Assembly: GCA_965662845.1 (NCBI GenBank)
Contig: CBFIJD010000003.1
Span: 67,427 to 131,426, forward strand
DNA: 64,000 nt
DNA from: an uncultured bacterium
GTDB taxonomy: Bacteria > SAR324 > NAC60-12
Direction: 5' to 3'
A program made the translations under genes and the position numbers. The notes beneath the pieces are model-generated. The model was not told where the DNA came from, did no database searches, and was given only the letters and a program-made list of their open reading frames with translations. Shown here piece after piece: positions 50,398 to 61,387 of the stretch (position 1 is the first letter of the stretch; each line of letters begins with the position of its first letter).

Positions 50398-51393
50398 ATG
50401 CCTTACGACGCCGCCCCGACGCGCTATGACTCATTCCCGTATCGCCGCTGTGGACGCAGCGGGCTGCAGCTCCCCGAGATCTCGCTTGGGCTCTGGTACA
50501 ACTTTGGCGACGTCGACTCGATCGCCAACATGCGCACAATGCTGCGTCGCTCCTTTGACCTGGGCATCACCCACTTTGACCTCGCCAACAATTACGGCCC
50601 GCCTCCCGGCTCTGCCGAGACCAACTTCGGACGCATCTTTGCAGAAGACTTCCGCCCTTATCGCGACGAGCTGATCATCTCCAGCAAAGCCGGCTACGAC
50701 ATGTGGCCTGGGCCCTACGGCGAGTGGGGGTCGCGCAAGTATCTGATCGCGAGCTGTGACCAGAGCCTCAAGCGGATGGGGCTCGACTATGTGGACATCT
50801 TCTATAGCCACCGCTTTGATCCCAACACGCCGCTCGAAGAGACCATGGGAGCGCTCGATCAAATCGTCCGCAGCGGGAAAGCCCTCTACGCCGGCATCTC
50901 GACCTATTCCCCTGAACAAACCCGCGAAGCCAGCCGTCTGCTCAAAGAGATGGGCACCCCGTGCCTGATTCATCAGCCGCGCTACAACCTGTTCGACCGC
51001 TGGATTGAAGACGGATTGCTCGCCACGCTCGCCGACGAAGGCATCGGCTGTATCGCGTTCTCTCCGCTGTGTCAGGGCATCTTGACCAACAAATACTTGT
51101 CAGATGACCAGAGCACGACCCGCGCCGAGAAGCTCAAAGGCGCCTTCCACTGGGGAGATCAAGTCACACAAGAGCGCATCGCGAAGGTTCAAGAGCTGCA
51201 CAAGCTCGCCGACGAACGCGGGCAAACGATGGCGCAGCTGGCGATTGCCTGGGTGTTGCGTCAGCCCCAGATGACCTCCGCGTTGATCGGCGCGAGCAAG
51301 GTTGCGCAAATCGAAGACGCGGTGGGCGCGCTACAGAACAAGTCGTTCTCCGACGAGGAGCTCCAGCGCATCGACACGATCTTGGCAGGCTAA
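50398..51393 (+). CDS. Aldo-keto reductase, L-glyceraldehyde-3-phosphate reductase (YghZ/MgrA) family
   Basis: SLGLWYNFG, HFDLANNYGPPPGSAE, SKAGYDMWPGPYG, IHQPRY. Confidence 0.9.
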   Translation: MPYDAAPTRYDSFPYRRCGRSGLQLPEISLGLWYNFGDVDSIANMRTMLRRSFDLGITHFDLANNYGPPPGSAETNFGRIFAEDFRPYRDELIISSKAGYDMWPGPYGEWGSRKYLIASCDQSLKRMGLDYVDIFYSHRFDPNTPLEETMGALDQIVRSGKALYAGISTYSPEQTREASRLLKEMGTPCLIHQPRYNLFDRWIEDGLLATLADEGIGCIAFSPLCQGILTNKYLSDDQSTTRAEKLKGAFHWGDQVTQERIAKVQELHKLADERGQTMAQLAIAWVLRQPQMTSALIGASKVAQIEDAVGALQNKSFSDEELQRIDTILAG

Positions 51394-51397
51394 CTGC

Positions 51398-51585
51398 GGG
51401 GGAGAGAAGAGTGGTTGCCTTGGAAGGGTAAGCTGTTTGTGTCGGGAACCTGTAGAGCGAAAAGCCTCCTGCGTGCGCAGGTTCCCGCGTTTGTGAGAGA
51501 CCCGCAGGAGCGCCACGGCTCATCCGGCAAATTTTGCACGAAGCCTGAGACCTCGTCATTGACTGTGAACCACAGCCGCTCCCCC
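51398..51585. ncRNA. Candidate structured RNA (~190 nt), family unassigned
   Basis: Closing stems GGGGGAG/CTCCCCC and GTGGTT/AACCAC, a 10-bp internal stem and an 8-bp loop pairing. Confidence 0.35.
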
Positions 51586-51725
51586 TCTGCATCTCGCAGC
51601 GCTAGACGAGCCGAGGAGCGACGCACGGAGCACGTTCTTCTCCGCACACCGCTTGCACTTATGTCACAATGGCGTATGACTTCTGCTTTTCGCATTACAC
51701 ATGAACATTTCTCGGGGAGGAGCAA

Positions 51726-53876
<2,151 letters not shown>

Positions 53877-53893
53877 CGACCACAAGGAGAACG

Positions 53894-54082
53894 ATGCTCT
53901 CAGAACGGATCCAACAGGAAGTCAAACGCCTCCCGATCGTCTAAAAGTGGGAGTTCATGTGACTCCTTCGCGAAGGCTCAGCGGCTGCCCCTGAGCCGAA
54001 GCCGCGGGATCCAACCGCGCCACCGCCCGCATCAAACGTCAGGGCGGGAGCCGAGCAGGAATACCGGCCTCGCACAGAGTGA
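53894..54082 (+). pseudogene. Decayed small gene, possibly antitoxin-like
   Basis: AAGGAG RBS + ATG; MLSERIQQEVKRLPIV*KWEFM*LL with two in-frame stops. Confidence 0.35.
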
Positions 54083-54221
54083 GGAATTGGTCTCAGCAGA
54101 AAAACCGAACAAGCTCATGTTCCGCATCACAGAAGTAACGGTTCGTTCACTTTGGCAAGTGTGAACCATTCACCCCACCCAACGCCCCTAATTTTCTCTC
54201 CGCAACGACAGCTCTGCCTTC

Positions 54222-55190
54222 ATGAAGATTCCTTCTCTGACTGCCATCCGCAACGGCGAACGACGCGCCATCGCGAAAGCCATCACACTGCTTGAGAGCA
54301 CACGCGCCGACAAACTGGAGCAGGGCCAAGCGCTGCTCGAAGACCTGCTGCCCCACACCGGGAACTCACTGCGCATCGGCATTACAGGGGTGCCGGGCGT
54401 GGGCAAGAGCACGTTCATCGAAGCCTTCGGGATGCACCTGATCGCGCAGGGACACAAGGTCGCAGTGTTAGCGGTAGATCCGAGCAGTCCGGTCACCGGC
54501 GGCAGCATTCTCGGCGATAAAACTCGCATGAACGAGCTCTCGAATCATGCGCAGGCGTTTGTGCGTCCGTCGCCGTCGTCGGGCATGCTCGGAGGCGTCG
54601 CTCGCAAAACGCGCGAGACGATGCTGCTCTGTGAAGCCGCAGGCTATGACGTGATCTTCGTGGAGACCGTCGGGGTCGGGCAGTCGGAGACACTCGTCGC
54701 GTCGATGGTCGATCTGTTCATGGTGCTGATGCTCCCCAACGCCGGCGACGAGCTGCAAGGGATCAAAAAAGGCATCCTAGAAATCGCCGATCTGATCGTT
54801 GTGAACAAAGCGGATGGCGACCAAATCCCGCTCGCGAACGCCGCGCAGCGCGAATATCGCAACGCGCTCAAGTTGCTGAAACCGACACGCACTTCCTGGA
54901 GAGCCCGCGTGCAGCAGTGCAGCGCGCTGCGTCAATCTGGAATCGCAGAACTCTGGGAGACGATGCAGGAGTTTCGCACACAACTCAAAGACTCCGGCGA
55001 GTGGGATTCCCAACGACGCAAGCAGTCCGTGCAGTGGATGTGGACGCTCATTGATGAAGAGCTGCGCCAGCGCTTTCGGCAACACCCGTCCATTCGCGAA
55101 CAGATCCCCCAGATCGAGCGAGAGGTGCAGGTTGGCCATTTGCTCCCGACGCGCTCGGCACGTCGTCTGCTGGACAACTGGCACTCTTGA
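54222..55190 (+). CDS. meaB: Methylmalonyl-CoA mutase-associated GTPase
   Basis: GVPGVGKST, AVDPSS, GDKTRM, ETVGVGQSE, NKAD. Confidence 0.96.
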   Translation: MKIPSLTAIRNGERRAIAKAITLLESTRADKLEQGQALLEDLLPHTGNSLRIGITGVPGVGKSTFIEAFGMHLIAQGHKVAVLAVDPSSPVTGGSILGDKTRMNELSNHAQAFVRPSPSSGMLGGVARKTRETMLLCEAAGYDVIFVETVGVGQSETLVASMVDLFMVLMLPNAGDELQGIKKGILEIADLIVVNKADGDQIPLANAAQREYRNALKLLKPTRTSWRARVQQCSALRQSGIAELWETMQEFRTQLKDSGEWDSQRRKQSVQWMWTLIDEELRQRFRQHPSIREQIPQIEREVQVGHLLPTRSARRLLDNWHS

Positions 55191-56107
55191 TGTCCACGCG
55201 CAACCGCTCGGTCACCCTCTCTGAAACGGAGCGGGCCCACTTCCAAGCGCGCCTCCTGCGCAAAGTCCCCGACCAGCCGACGCTGCCGGCGCTGCAAGAT
55301 CGTGTGATCTGTGGCGACGCCTTCGACTGGCTTCCTCACCTCCCCGATCACTTTGCCGACCTGATCATCGCTGACCCGCCTTACAATCTACGCAAACGCT
55401 TCCGCGACCAGAGAGTCAATCCACAATCCGACGAAGACTACGAAGCTTGGCTAGAGGCGTGGATCGGCCAACTCCCTCGTCTGCTCTCCCCGACCGGGTC
55501 TATCTACGTGTGCAGCCACTGGCAGGCTTCGGCGCCGCTGCAACGCGTGTTGTCACGGCACTTCCACGTGCGAAACCGCATCACGTGGGAGCGCGAGAAG
55601 GGCCGCGGCTCCCTCACCAACTGGAAGAGCACCAGTGAAGACATCTGGTACGCGACCGCCGGAGAGGACTACCACTTCGCGGCTGACGCCGTAAAGCTGC
55701 GGCGCCGTGTAAACGCCCCTTACCGCGACGCGGCAGAAACTCCGCGAGGTTGGGAAGAGACCGATGACGGACGGTTTCGGCTGACGCACGCCTCTAACTT
55801 CTGGAACGACCTCACGGTCCCTTTTTGGTCGATGCCGGAAAACACAGAGCACCCAACGCAGAAGCCGGAGAAGCTGATCGCGAAGCTGATTTTGGCGAGT
55901 TCACGGGAAGGCGAGCTGATCTTCGATCCGTTCTGTGGTGTGGGGACGACGCCTGTTGTGGCGCGCAAACTCAGACGTCATTTTGTGGGGATTGAGCGGG
56001 ATGAACTCTACGCTTGTTTCGCTGAAAAACGCTTGCAGCGAGCGCTTAGCGACCCCTCCATTCAAGGTTATCGCGACGGAGTGTTTGGCGAGCGGGGGAC
56101 GCGTTAG
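55190..56107 (+). CDS. Orphan N6-adenine/N4-cytosine DNA methyltransferase, beta class
   Basis: DPPY (motif IV) precedes HPTQKP and DPFCGVGTT (motif I). Confidence 0.9.
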   Translation: MSTRNRSVTLSETERAHFQARLLRKVPDQPTLPALQDRVICGDAFDWLPHLPDHFADLIIADPPYNLRKRFRDQRVNPQSDEDYEAWLEAWIGQLPRLLSPTGSIYVCSHWQASAPLQRVLSRHFHVRNRITWEREKGRGSLTNWKSTSEDIWYATAGEDYHFAADAVKLRRRVNAPYRDAAETPRGWEETDDGRFRLTHASNFWNDLTVPFWSMPENTEHPTQKPEKLIAKLILASSREGELIFDPFCGVGTTPVVARKLRRHFVGIERDELYACFAEKRLQRALSDPSIQGYRDGVFGERGTR

Positions 56108-57489
56108 CGTTCCTGTTCAAACAAGACCTCCATGCGCGCAGAGCGGGAGCCTTTCACCAGCAAGATGTCGTCTGGCAGCAGGCGCTGCTGCACAGCAGGG
56201 AGGAGCTCACGGGGAGTGCTTGCAGTGTGGGCTGGACGATCACACACGTCTTGCCACCCACGCACATAGTCTTCAGCAAACTGGCCACACGCGAAGATCT
56301 CCGCGACGGCGACCTCGGCAGCAAACCGGCCGACGGCTTGATGGAGCTGCGGCGCCTGGGCTCCTAGCTCTGCCATGTCGCCCACTGCAAGGAGCAAGCG
56401 TCGAGAAGGGAACATCTTCCGTAAGCTCTCAAGGACACTCCGAAACGATGACGGGTTCGCGTTGTAGCTGTCGTTCACCCACAACGTCTGCTCGCGCGGC
56501 ACAAACTGCATCCGACCGGCAACCTCTAGTTGTAACGCCGCGACGGCCGACGGCACCTCTGCCGCCGCCACTCCGCAAGAGTGCAGCGCCGCGAGCACGC
56601 CAGCCAAGTTCTGCAGGGCCAGCGGGCTCTGCAAAGACGTGGTGACTTCTCCGAGTGGCGTCAGCAGAGCGGTGGGCTCGGTGGGCGACTTCCCGATCGA
56701 GAGCACGCTAAGGTTCCAGTCCGCGTCTGGGTCGTCGACACCAAAAGTCCGCAGCTGCATACCGGCCTGCGCGATCTCCGCCTCTAGGATCTCGCGCTCC
56801 AGCACCTTCGCGGGCACCCAGACGTCGCTGCCGGCTGACATCCCAGCACAAATTCCCGCCTTCTCGCGGGCCACTCCTGCTGTGCTCTCTAGAAACTCTA
56901 GGTGGCTCTCCCCAATGCTCGTGAGCAGGCCCACGGTTGGCCGCACGATCTCGGAGAGGGTCGCGATTTCGCCAAAGCGATTGGTGCCCATCTCGACGAT
57001 CCACCAGTCCGCGTCCAAGGGAGCGGAGAGGAGCGTCAACGGCACGCCGATGAAATTATTGAAGTTGCCTGCGGTCGCGTGCGCTTGGGGATCCCAGTGA
57101 GCGCAGAGTTGGCGAGCGATCTCTTTGGCGGTGGTCTTTCCGTTGCTGCCAGTGATGCCCAAGACCGTCCCATCAAAACGATTGCGGAAGTCGGCACCCC
57201 AATCTAGCAAGGCTTGGTTGGGAGAAGAGACAACAATGTGCGGGGCTGAACGAAGCTCCGCGGGGAGGCGCTCGGCGCTCACGATCAAGCCGGAGGCTCC
57301 TTGGCGCAACGCTTGAGCGGCGTATTGGTGTCCGTCGGTGTGCTCCCCTTGCAGACACACAAACCAGTCGCCCGCTTGGACATCGCGCGAGTTTGTGGTG
57401 AACGACTCCACCCGGAGATCGGGAGAGACGTGCTGCGCTTGGCCGTTCATCGCCGCGCACAATTCGGCTACGCGATAAGACAGCTTCAT
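56104..57489 (-). CDS. murF: UDP-MurNAc-tripeptide:D-Ala-D-Ala ligase
   Basis: [43 protein letters not shown]. Confidence 0.95.
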   Translation of the reverse strand: MKLSYRVAELCAAMNGQAQHVSPDLRVESFTTNSRDVQAGDWFVCLQGEHTDGHQYAAQALRQGASGLIVSAERLPAELRSAPHIVVSSPNQALLDWGADFRNRFDGTVLGITGSNGKTTAKEIARQLCAHWDPQAHATAGNFNNFIGVPLTLLSAPLDADWWIVEMGTNRFGEIATLSEIVRPTVGLLTSIGESHLEFLESTAGVAREKAGICAGMSAGSDVWVPAKVLEREILEAEIAQAGMQLRTFGVDDPDADWNLSVLSIGKSPTEPTALLTPLGEVTTSLQSPLALQNLAGVLAALHSCGVAAAEVPSAVAALQLEVAGRMQFVPREQTLWVNDSYNANPSSFRSVLESLRKMFPSRRLLLAVGDMAELGAQAPQLHQAVGRFAAEVAVAEIFACGQFAEDYVRGWQDVCDRPAHTASTPRELLPAVQQRLLPDDILLVKGSRSARMEVLFEQER

Positions 57490-58520
57490 GGGCACAGATA
57501 GCTACAGACGTCCTCGACCATGCGGGGGCTGCCCACATAAAACGGAACACGTTCGTGCAGGCTCTGAGGTTGGATGTCTAAAATTCTTCTGGTGCCGTCG
57601 GTGGCCTTGCCCCCGGCATGCTCAATCAAGAGCGCCAGCGCGTTGCACTCATACAATAATCGCAATTTGCCACTCGGCGCCTTCTCGGTCGCAGGATATA
57701 AATAAATCCCTCCTTTGAGCAGGTTACGATGAAAGTCTGCGACCAGCGAGCCGATGTAGCGGCCTTGAAGCTGGCGCGCGCGGCACGTGTCCAGATAGGC
57801 GCGTACGCCTGCGGTGAAGCTCAGGATGTTCCCTTCGTTGCACGAATAGATCTTCCCGTCCGTGGGAATGCGAAGCTGCGCGTGTGAGAGAAAGAACTCG
57901 CCTAGCGAAGCGTCATAAGTGAACGCGTTGACGCCGTGCCCCGTGCTCAGCACAAGAATTGTGGATGAGCCATAGAGGACATAGCCCGCCGCGATTTGAT
58001 CTCTCCCAGGCTGGAGGACGTCTTCCAGCGTAGGCACACTTCCTTGGGGACTGCGACGACGATAGATCGAGAAGATGGTGCCAATGGACACATTCACTCC
58101 GATGTTGCTGGAGCCGTCTAGCGGATCCATCGCCACCACATACTTGGCGTCGTCATTGCCGGTTAAGATCAGGTCTTCGTCTTCTTCGGAGATGAGGGCG
58201 CAGACTTTCCCCCCCCGACGGAGCGCCCGAATGAAGCGCGTGTTGGCGATCACATCCAGCTTCTGCTGATCTTCGCCCTGCACGTTTTCTTCGCCCACGC
58301 TCCCTTCTAAACTGATCAGGCCAGCGCGGTTGATGTCACGATTGATAATCTTGGCTGCCAAAGAGACGTCGGCTAGCAGCTGAGAGAACTCTCCTTGCGC
58401 CTGCGGGTAGTGTCGCTGCTCGTTGGCAATAAACCGCTGCAGCGTCACGCCGACCGGAGCGGCGAGTTGGTGAATGGTTTGTTGTCCTTCGGGAGGACGG
58501 CTAAAGTTTTCTTCAGTCAT
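57486..58520 (-). CDS. fbp: Class 1 fructose-1,6-bisphosphatase
   Basis: [37 protein letters not shown]; exact start uncertain. Confidence 0.95.
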   Translation of the reverse strand: MTEENFSRPPEGQQTIHQLAAPVGVTLQRFIANEQRHYPQAQGEFSQLLADVSLAAKIINRDINRAGLISLEGSVGEENVQGEDQQKLDVIANTRFIRALRRGGKVCALISEEDEDLILTGNDDAKYVVAMDPLDGSSNIGVNVSIGTIFSIYRRRSPQGSVPTLEDVLQPGRDQIAAGYVLYGSSTILVLSTGHGVNAFTYDASLGEFFLSHAQLRIPTDGKIYSCNEGNILSFTAGVRAYLDTCRARQLQGRYIGSLVADFHRNLLKGGIYLYPATEKAPSGKLRLLYECNALALLIEHAGGKATDGTRRILDIQPQSLHERVPFYVGSPRMVEDVCSYLCP

Positions 58521-58715
58521 GGCGTGCGCCTCGTTGAAGTTCCACATGGTGCTCGTGTTTTTTGTCAATAGCTGCGAATTTTCGCTAAAATTTTGTTTTT
58601 TACTGCGAATCCGTGGGCCCAGCAAGCCATTTTAGGAAAAAATCCTCTCGGCAAGCAAGGGGCACACCGCACAATTTCTCAACTCCCGTGAGTTTTATTC
58701 GCCATGAGCGTAAAA

Positions 58716-59330
58716 ATGAAATACTTCCTGCTCGTTTTAGGGGTCTGGTGGGGATGCACCGCGGCGGCTTCCGCACATTACATCCGGACTGGGCAGGCCA
58801 AACTCTATTTGTTTGATGATGCGACATTTCAGTTGGAAATGATCATCGACTTGCCTGAATTTTTGCGTCCAGAATTTGGGTTGGATGGAGAGATCACAGC
58901 GGAGAGCGTCCAAAATTTCACTGAAGAGCAGTGGGGGGACTTCGCGAGGACGGCGCAAAAGCGCCTGCAACAAGAGCTGTGGCTGGAAGGAGAGTCCCTA
59001 CAGCGGGTTGTCCCCACCGAGTGGAAAGGCTTTGACGTGCCGCAAGTGCAACGGAACCTGCGAGCGTTCGCGCTCACCGGCGAGCACCCGAATTTCAAGG
59101 TCATTGCGCGCGGGGAGTTTCCCCTTGAATCCGAGTTGCTGACCGTCAAAATGCCCGCAGGGTTCGGCCCTATGAAGTTGATTGTCATTCAAACAGAGCT
59201 GCAAGAAGTCGGGGCGGGCGTCACAAGTGAACCGATTCGCTTGCGCGACCGAAGCCGCGCTTCTGCCAGAGAGACCACGCGTTTGCAGACGCTGTGGGAC
59301 GCGTTTTTTAAGGCAGAACCCGCAAAGTGA
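58716..59330 (+). CDS. Exported hypothetical protein
   Basis: Signal peptide ending ASA|H; about 204 aa with coherent codon usage. Confidence 0.7.
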   Translation: MKYFLLVLGVWWGCTAAASAHYIRTGQAKLYLFDDATFQLEMIIDLPEFLRPEFGLDGEITAESVQNFTEEQWGDFARTAQKRLQQELWLEGESLQRVVPTEWKGFDVPQVQRNLRAFALTGEHPNFKVIARGEFPLESELLTVKMPAGFGPMKLIVIQTELQEVGAGVTSEPIRLRDRSRASARETTRLQTLWDAFFKAEPAK

Positions 59331-59340
59331 ACAGGACGCG

Positions 59341-59496
59341 TCAAGCTGCTTGGGCTTTGCGGCGGTTTTCTCTGAGTGCGCTACAGCAAGGCGCTTCAAC
59401 CTCAATCAGTGCTTCCGGCTCAAAACCGGCTCTTTCAAGGCCAAGCGCCTGCCCTCCTGCACCAGTACGGATTTCTACACATGTTAGTTTACTCAT
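59341..59496 (-). pseudogene. Truncated DNA (cytosine-5)-methyltransferase (N-terminal 51 aa only)
   Basis: My translation MSKLTCVEIRTGAGGQALGLERAGFEPEALIEVEAPCCSALRENRR matches C5-MTase motifs I-II; absent from the ORF track. Confidence 0.8.
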
Positions 59497-59559
59497 TGTT
59501 GCTACCCTTCTGGGTTCAATGTCCTAATTCTATGGTGAGGTCAGGGAGCTGCTCTCTGC

Positions 59560-59620
59560 GCATAACGGTAGCCATCATGGCGTGCGCTTTTGGCGCGTCC
59601 GCTGGATGTTTTTGTTAGGG
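59560..59620 (-). mobile_element. Integron attC recombination site
   Basis: Minus strand CCCTAAC-AAAAA-CATCCAGCGGACGCGC-CAAAA-GCGCACGCCATGATG-GCTACC-GTTATGC: R''/R' AAC...GTT, 5- and 6-nt spacers, extrahelical base; R'' overlaps the DUF2442 stop. Confidence 0.82.
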
Positions 59621-59863
59621 CATTGGTTGGCCATGAACCCAAAGTTCATATTCACTTAAATCAATATTTTCGTTCCAAATGATCGCGTAGCCACCATTCT
59701 CGATGCTGAATGACTTAAATAATACGGGATTTTTCAATGGCTCGAACATGCTTTTTGATAATAGTGGTTTTACATCATATTTTCTTTTATCATTATTATC
59801 AAAGATTACCATTAGTGTATGGTCGTCGATAGGTGATGCTGTTTTAATTTTTGGAATATTCAT
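59615..59863 (-). CDS. DUF2442 domain protein (putative TA partner)
   Basis: L.V.FDN, YDVKPLL, FEPLKN..LF, WNENIDL. Confidence 0.85.
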   Translation of the reverse strand: MNIPKIKTASPIDDHTLMVIFDNNDKRKYDVKPLLSKSMFEPLKNPVLFKSFSIENGGYAIIWNENIDLSEYELWVHGQPMP

Positions 59864-59865
59864 AA

Positions 59866-60114
59866 TCACTCTAATGGTGGCAACTTGTGAAATTCTTGTT
59901 TATTCCACATTTCTCTTAATTCGTGCTTATGTTGATTTGCCCATTCTATGACGAGTTTCTTTGCTCTTTTTGGTAAGTCGCCTTCTATCATTTCAACTGT
60001 TTCAATATTAAAAAGACCGATATGCTCACCATACACTGCGTGAAAATGAGGTGGCGGATGATCGCCAAAAAATAATTTTATGATAATCCCATAAAATCTT
60101 GCTACTTCGGGCAT
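59866..60114 (-). CDS. DUF4160 domain protein (HicA-like fold, putative TA partner)
   Basis: MPEVARFYGIII, DHPPPHFHA, EWA..H..EL...W. Confidence 0.9.
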   Translation of the reverse strand: MPEVARFYGIIIKLFFGDHPPPHFHAVYGEHIGLFNIETVEMIEGDLPKRAKKLVIEWANQHKHELREMWNKQEFHKLPPLE

Positions 60115-60140
60115 TTGAGGATCTCCGATTTATCGAGTTA

Positions 60141-60210
60141 TCCTAACGATAAAACTAAGCGAGCTGCTCTTTTCAGCACGAAAAGTAATCATCGCCGACC
60201 AGTGTTCATC
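60141..60210 (-). mobile_element. Degenerate attC-like site, copy A
   Basis: GATGAAC...GCGA..CTTTTC/GAAAAG..TCGC...TTTATC-GTTAGGA; followed by RBS and ATG of the DUF4160 gene. Confidence 0.6.
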
Positions 60211-60264
60211 TCAATATGCAAATAGTTCCTGCAGACAGTTGATAGTTTTTATTTGTGCGCTTTT
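60141..60264. repeat. 124-bp direct repeat, copy A (mazF 3' end + attC-like site)
   Basis: Matches 62895-63018 with two substitutions seen; contains KSAQIKTINCLQELFAY* at 60211-60264. Confidence 0.95.
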
Positions 60265-60267
60265 GAA

Positions 60268-61347
60268 TCAATCCGTAACGACTGGATCCAATCTGGTGCC
60301 ATCACCAAGAAGCCCAACGAGGCACTCACGAGCAGGTCGCAAACAATTCTCTACAATTTTTTCCATCGTCTCTGGATCCCAACCATTCATCCAGTCAGCA
60401 TGTGCGCAGAGGCCACCAGGGTTTGTCTCGCATGAGAATCGCCATGAATTTGAGGGCCCGCGGTCCTCGGTCACATATAATCCGAAATTGTATGAGATTT
60501 CTGGTATGGCAATCGGATGAGTATGAGGACACGCGCCAGTGCCGACTACCGGGGGCGTGGCTCGCTTTGGGTACGCCATGTGACTTTGATCGGGCAGGTA
60601 CAGGTTTTTGCCATCCCAACATTGTGGAAAAACAATACGAATTTCGAGAATGTCGTTTGTTGGACAGTCCGGCAGTATCGATACGTGATCAAGAGGGTCA
60701 CCGGGGTCAAACCACTCCTGATCAGACTCCCAACTTTCGCACCGAAACTTAACAACCGAAACATCCTGGAGCGTGGTGGCATGTGCGTTTCCTGCAATCA
60801 TCCGCAAATTCTCTGGTGGCGGCTGAATCGTCACGGCAGGAACGTGGTACCCTGTTTTGTAGTAGAAGAGGGGTTCCCCATATTCGATTCGCTCTCCATG
60901 GGTATCGTACAGAGCCGGCATCCAATAAGCCGATCGATTCAATGTGCTGCCATCACAGGTTGTTTCGTCTGCCTCCAACAGTGAACGAGTCGTTGTCTCG
61001 GCGTCCACGTTCGGATTACCAAAGAAAACATGATGGTGCGAGGCTCCAGGTTGACTAGGAAACACCAACGGATCATCAAAGCTCTCGTGCGACTCCAGAC
61101 AGTGCGTACGGAAGGCTCCACTACCGTCCTCCCGTTCGCCAACTTCCTCACTAGAAGATACCAAGCCGTTAACAGGAACATCCGAGGCAATCACGTCAGA
61201 ACCACCGGCGTCACTAGTGCAGGCGACAATTGCCAAGACCAATGAACACAACAACACATGCCTAACGACGACATTACTTCCTGTCGCGCCGTTGAAAGCT
61301 TTTGAACACTCTCGAAATGAAAGTCGGTTACGTATCAATCGGTTCAT
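60268..61347 (-). CDS. DUF1996 domain lipoprotein
   Basis: Lipobox IVAC; DDPLVFP...SHHHVFFGN, NRSAYWMP, FPQCWDG, HADWMNGWD; start uncertain. Confidence 0.88.
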   Translation of the reverse strand: MNRLIRNRLSFRECSKAFNGATGSNVVVRHVLLCSLVLAIVACTSDAGGSDVIASDVPVNGLVSSSEEVGEREDGSGAFRTHCLESHESFDDPLVFPSQPGASHHHVFFGNPNVDAETTTRSLLEADETTCDGSTLNRSAYWMPALYDTHGERIEYGEPLFYYKTGYHVPAVTIQPPPENLRMIAGNAHATTLQDVSVVKFRCESWESDQEWFDPGDPLDHVSILPDCPTNDILEIRIVFPQCWDGKNLYLPDQSHMAYPKRATPPVVGTGACPHTHPIAIPEISYNFGLYVTEDRGPSNSWRFSCETNPGGLCAHADWMNGWDPETMEKIVENCLRPARECLVGLLGDGTRLDPVVTD

Positions 61348-61387
61348 CTTACTTCTCCAAGGGCATCACATTTGATTCGCTGTTTCT

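Noticed and set aside
51394..51725. Cobalamin riboswitch upstream of scpA
   Set aside because: Only a partial B12-box-like AAGCCTGAGACCT; the other conserved core elements were not found.
55190..56107. Complete restriction-modification system
   Set aside because: No endonuclease gene adjacent; the flanks are meaB and murF.
58716..59330. Truncated HupE/UreJ-type fusion protein
   Set aside because: Only the signal-peptide-His start is suggestive; no membrane domain or diagnostic motif.
59536..59554. 17/19 match to the IS66 remnant (63733-63751) next to attC
   Set aside because: Too short to call a third IS fragment without a statistical test.
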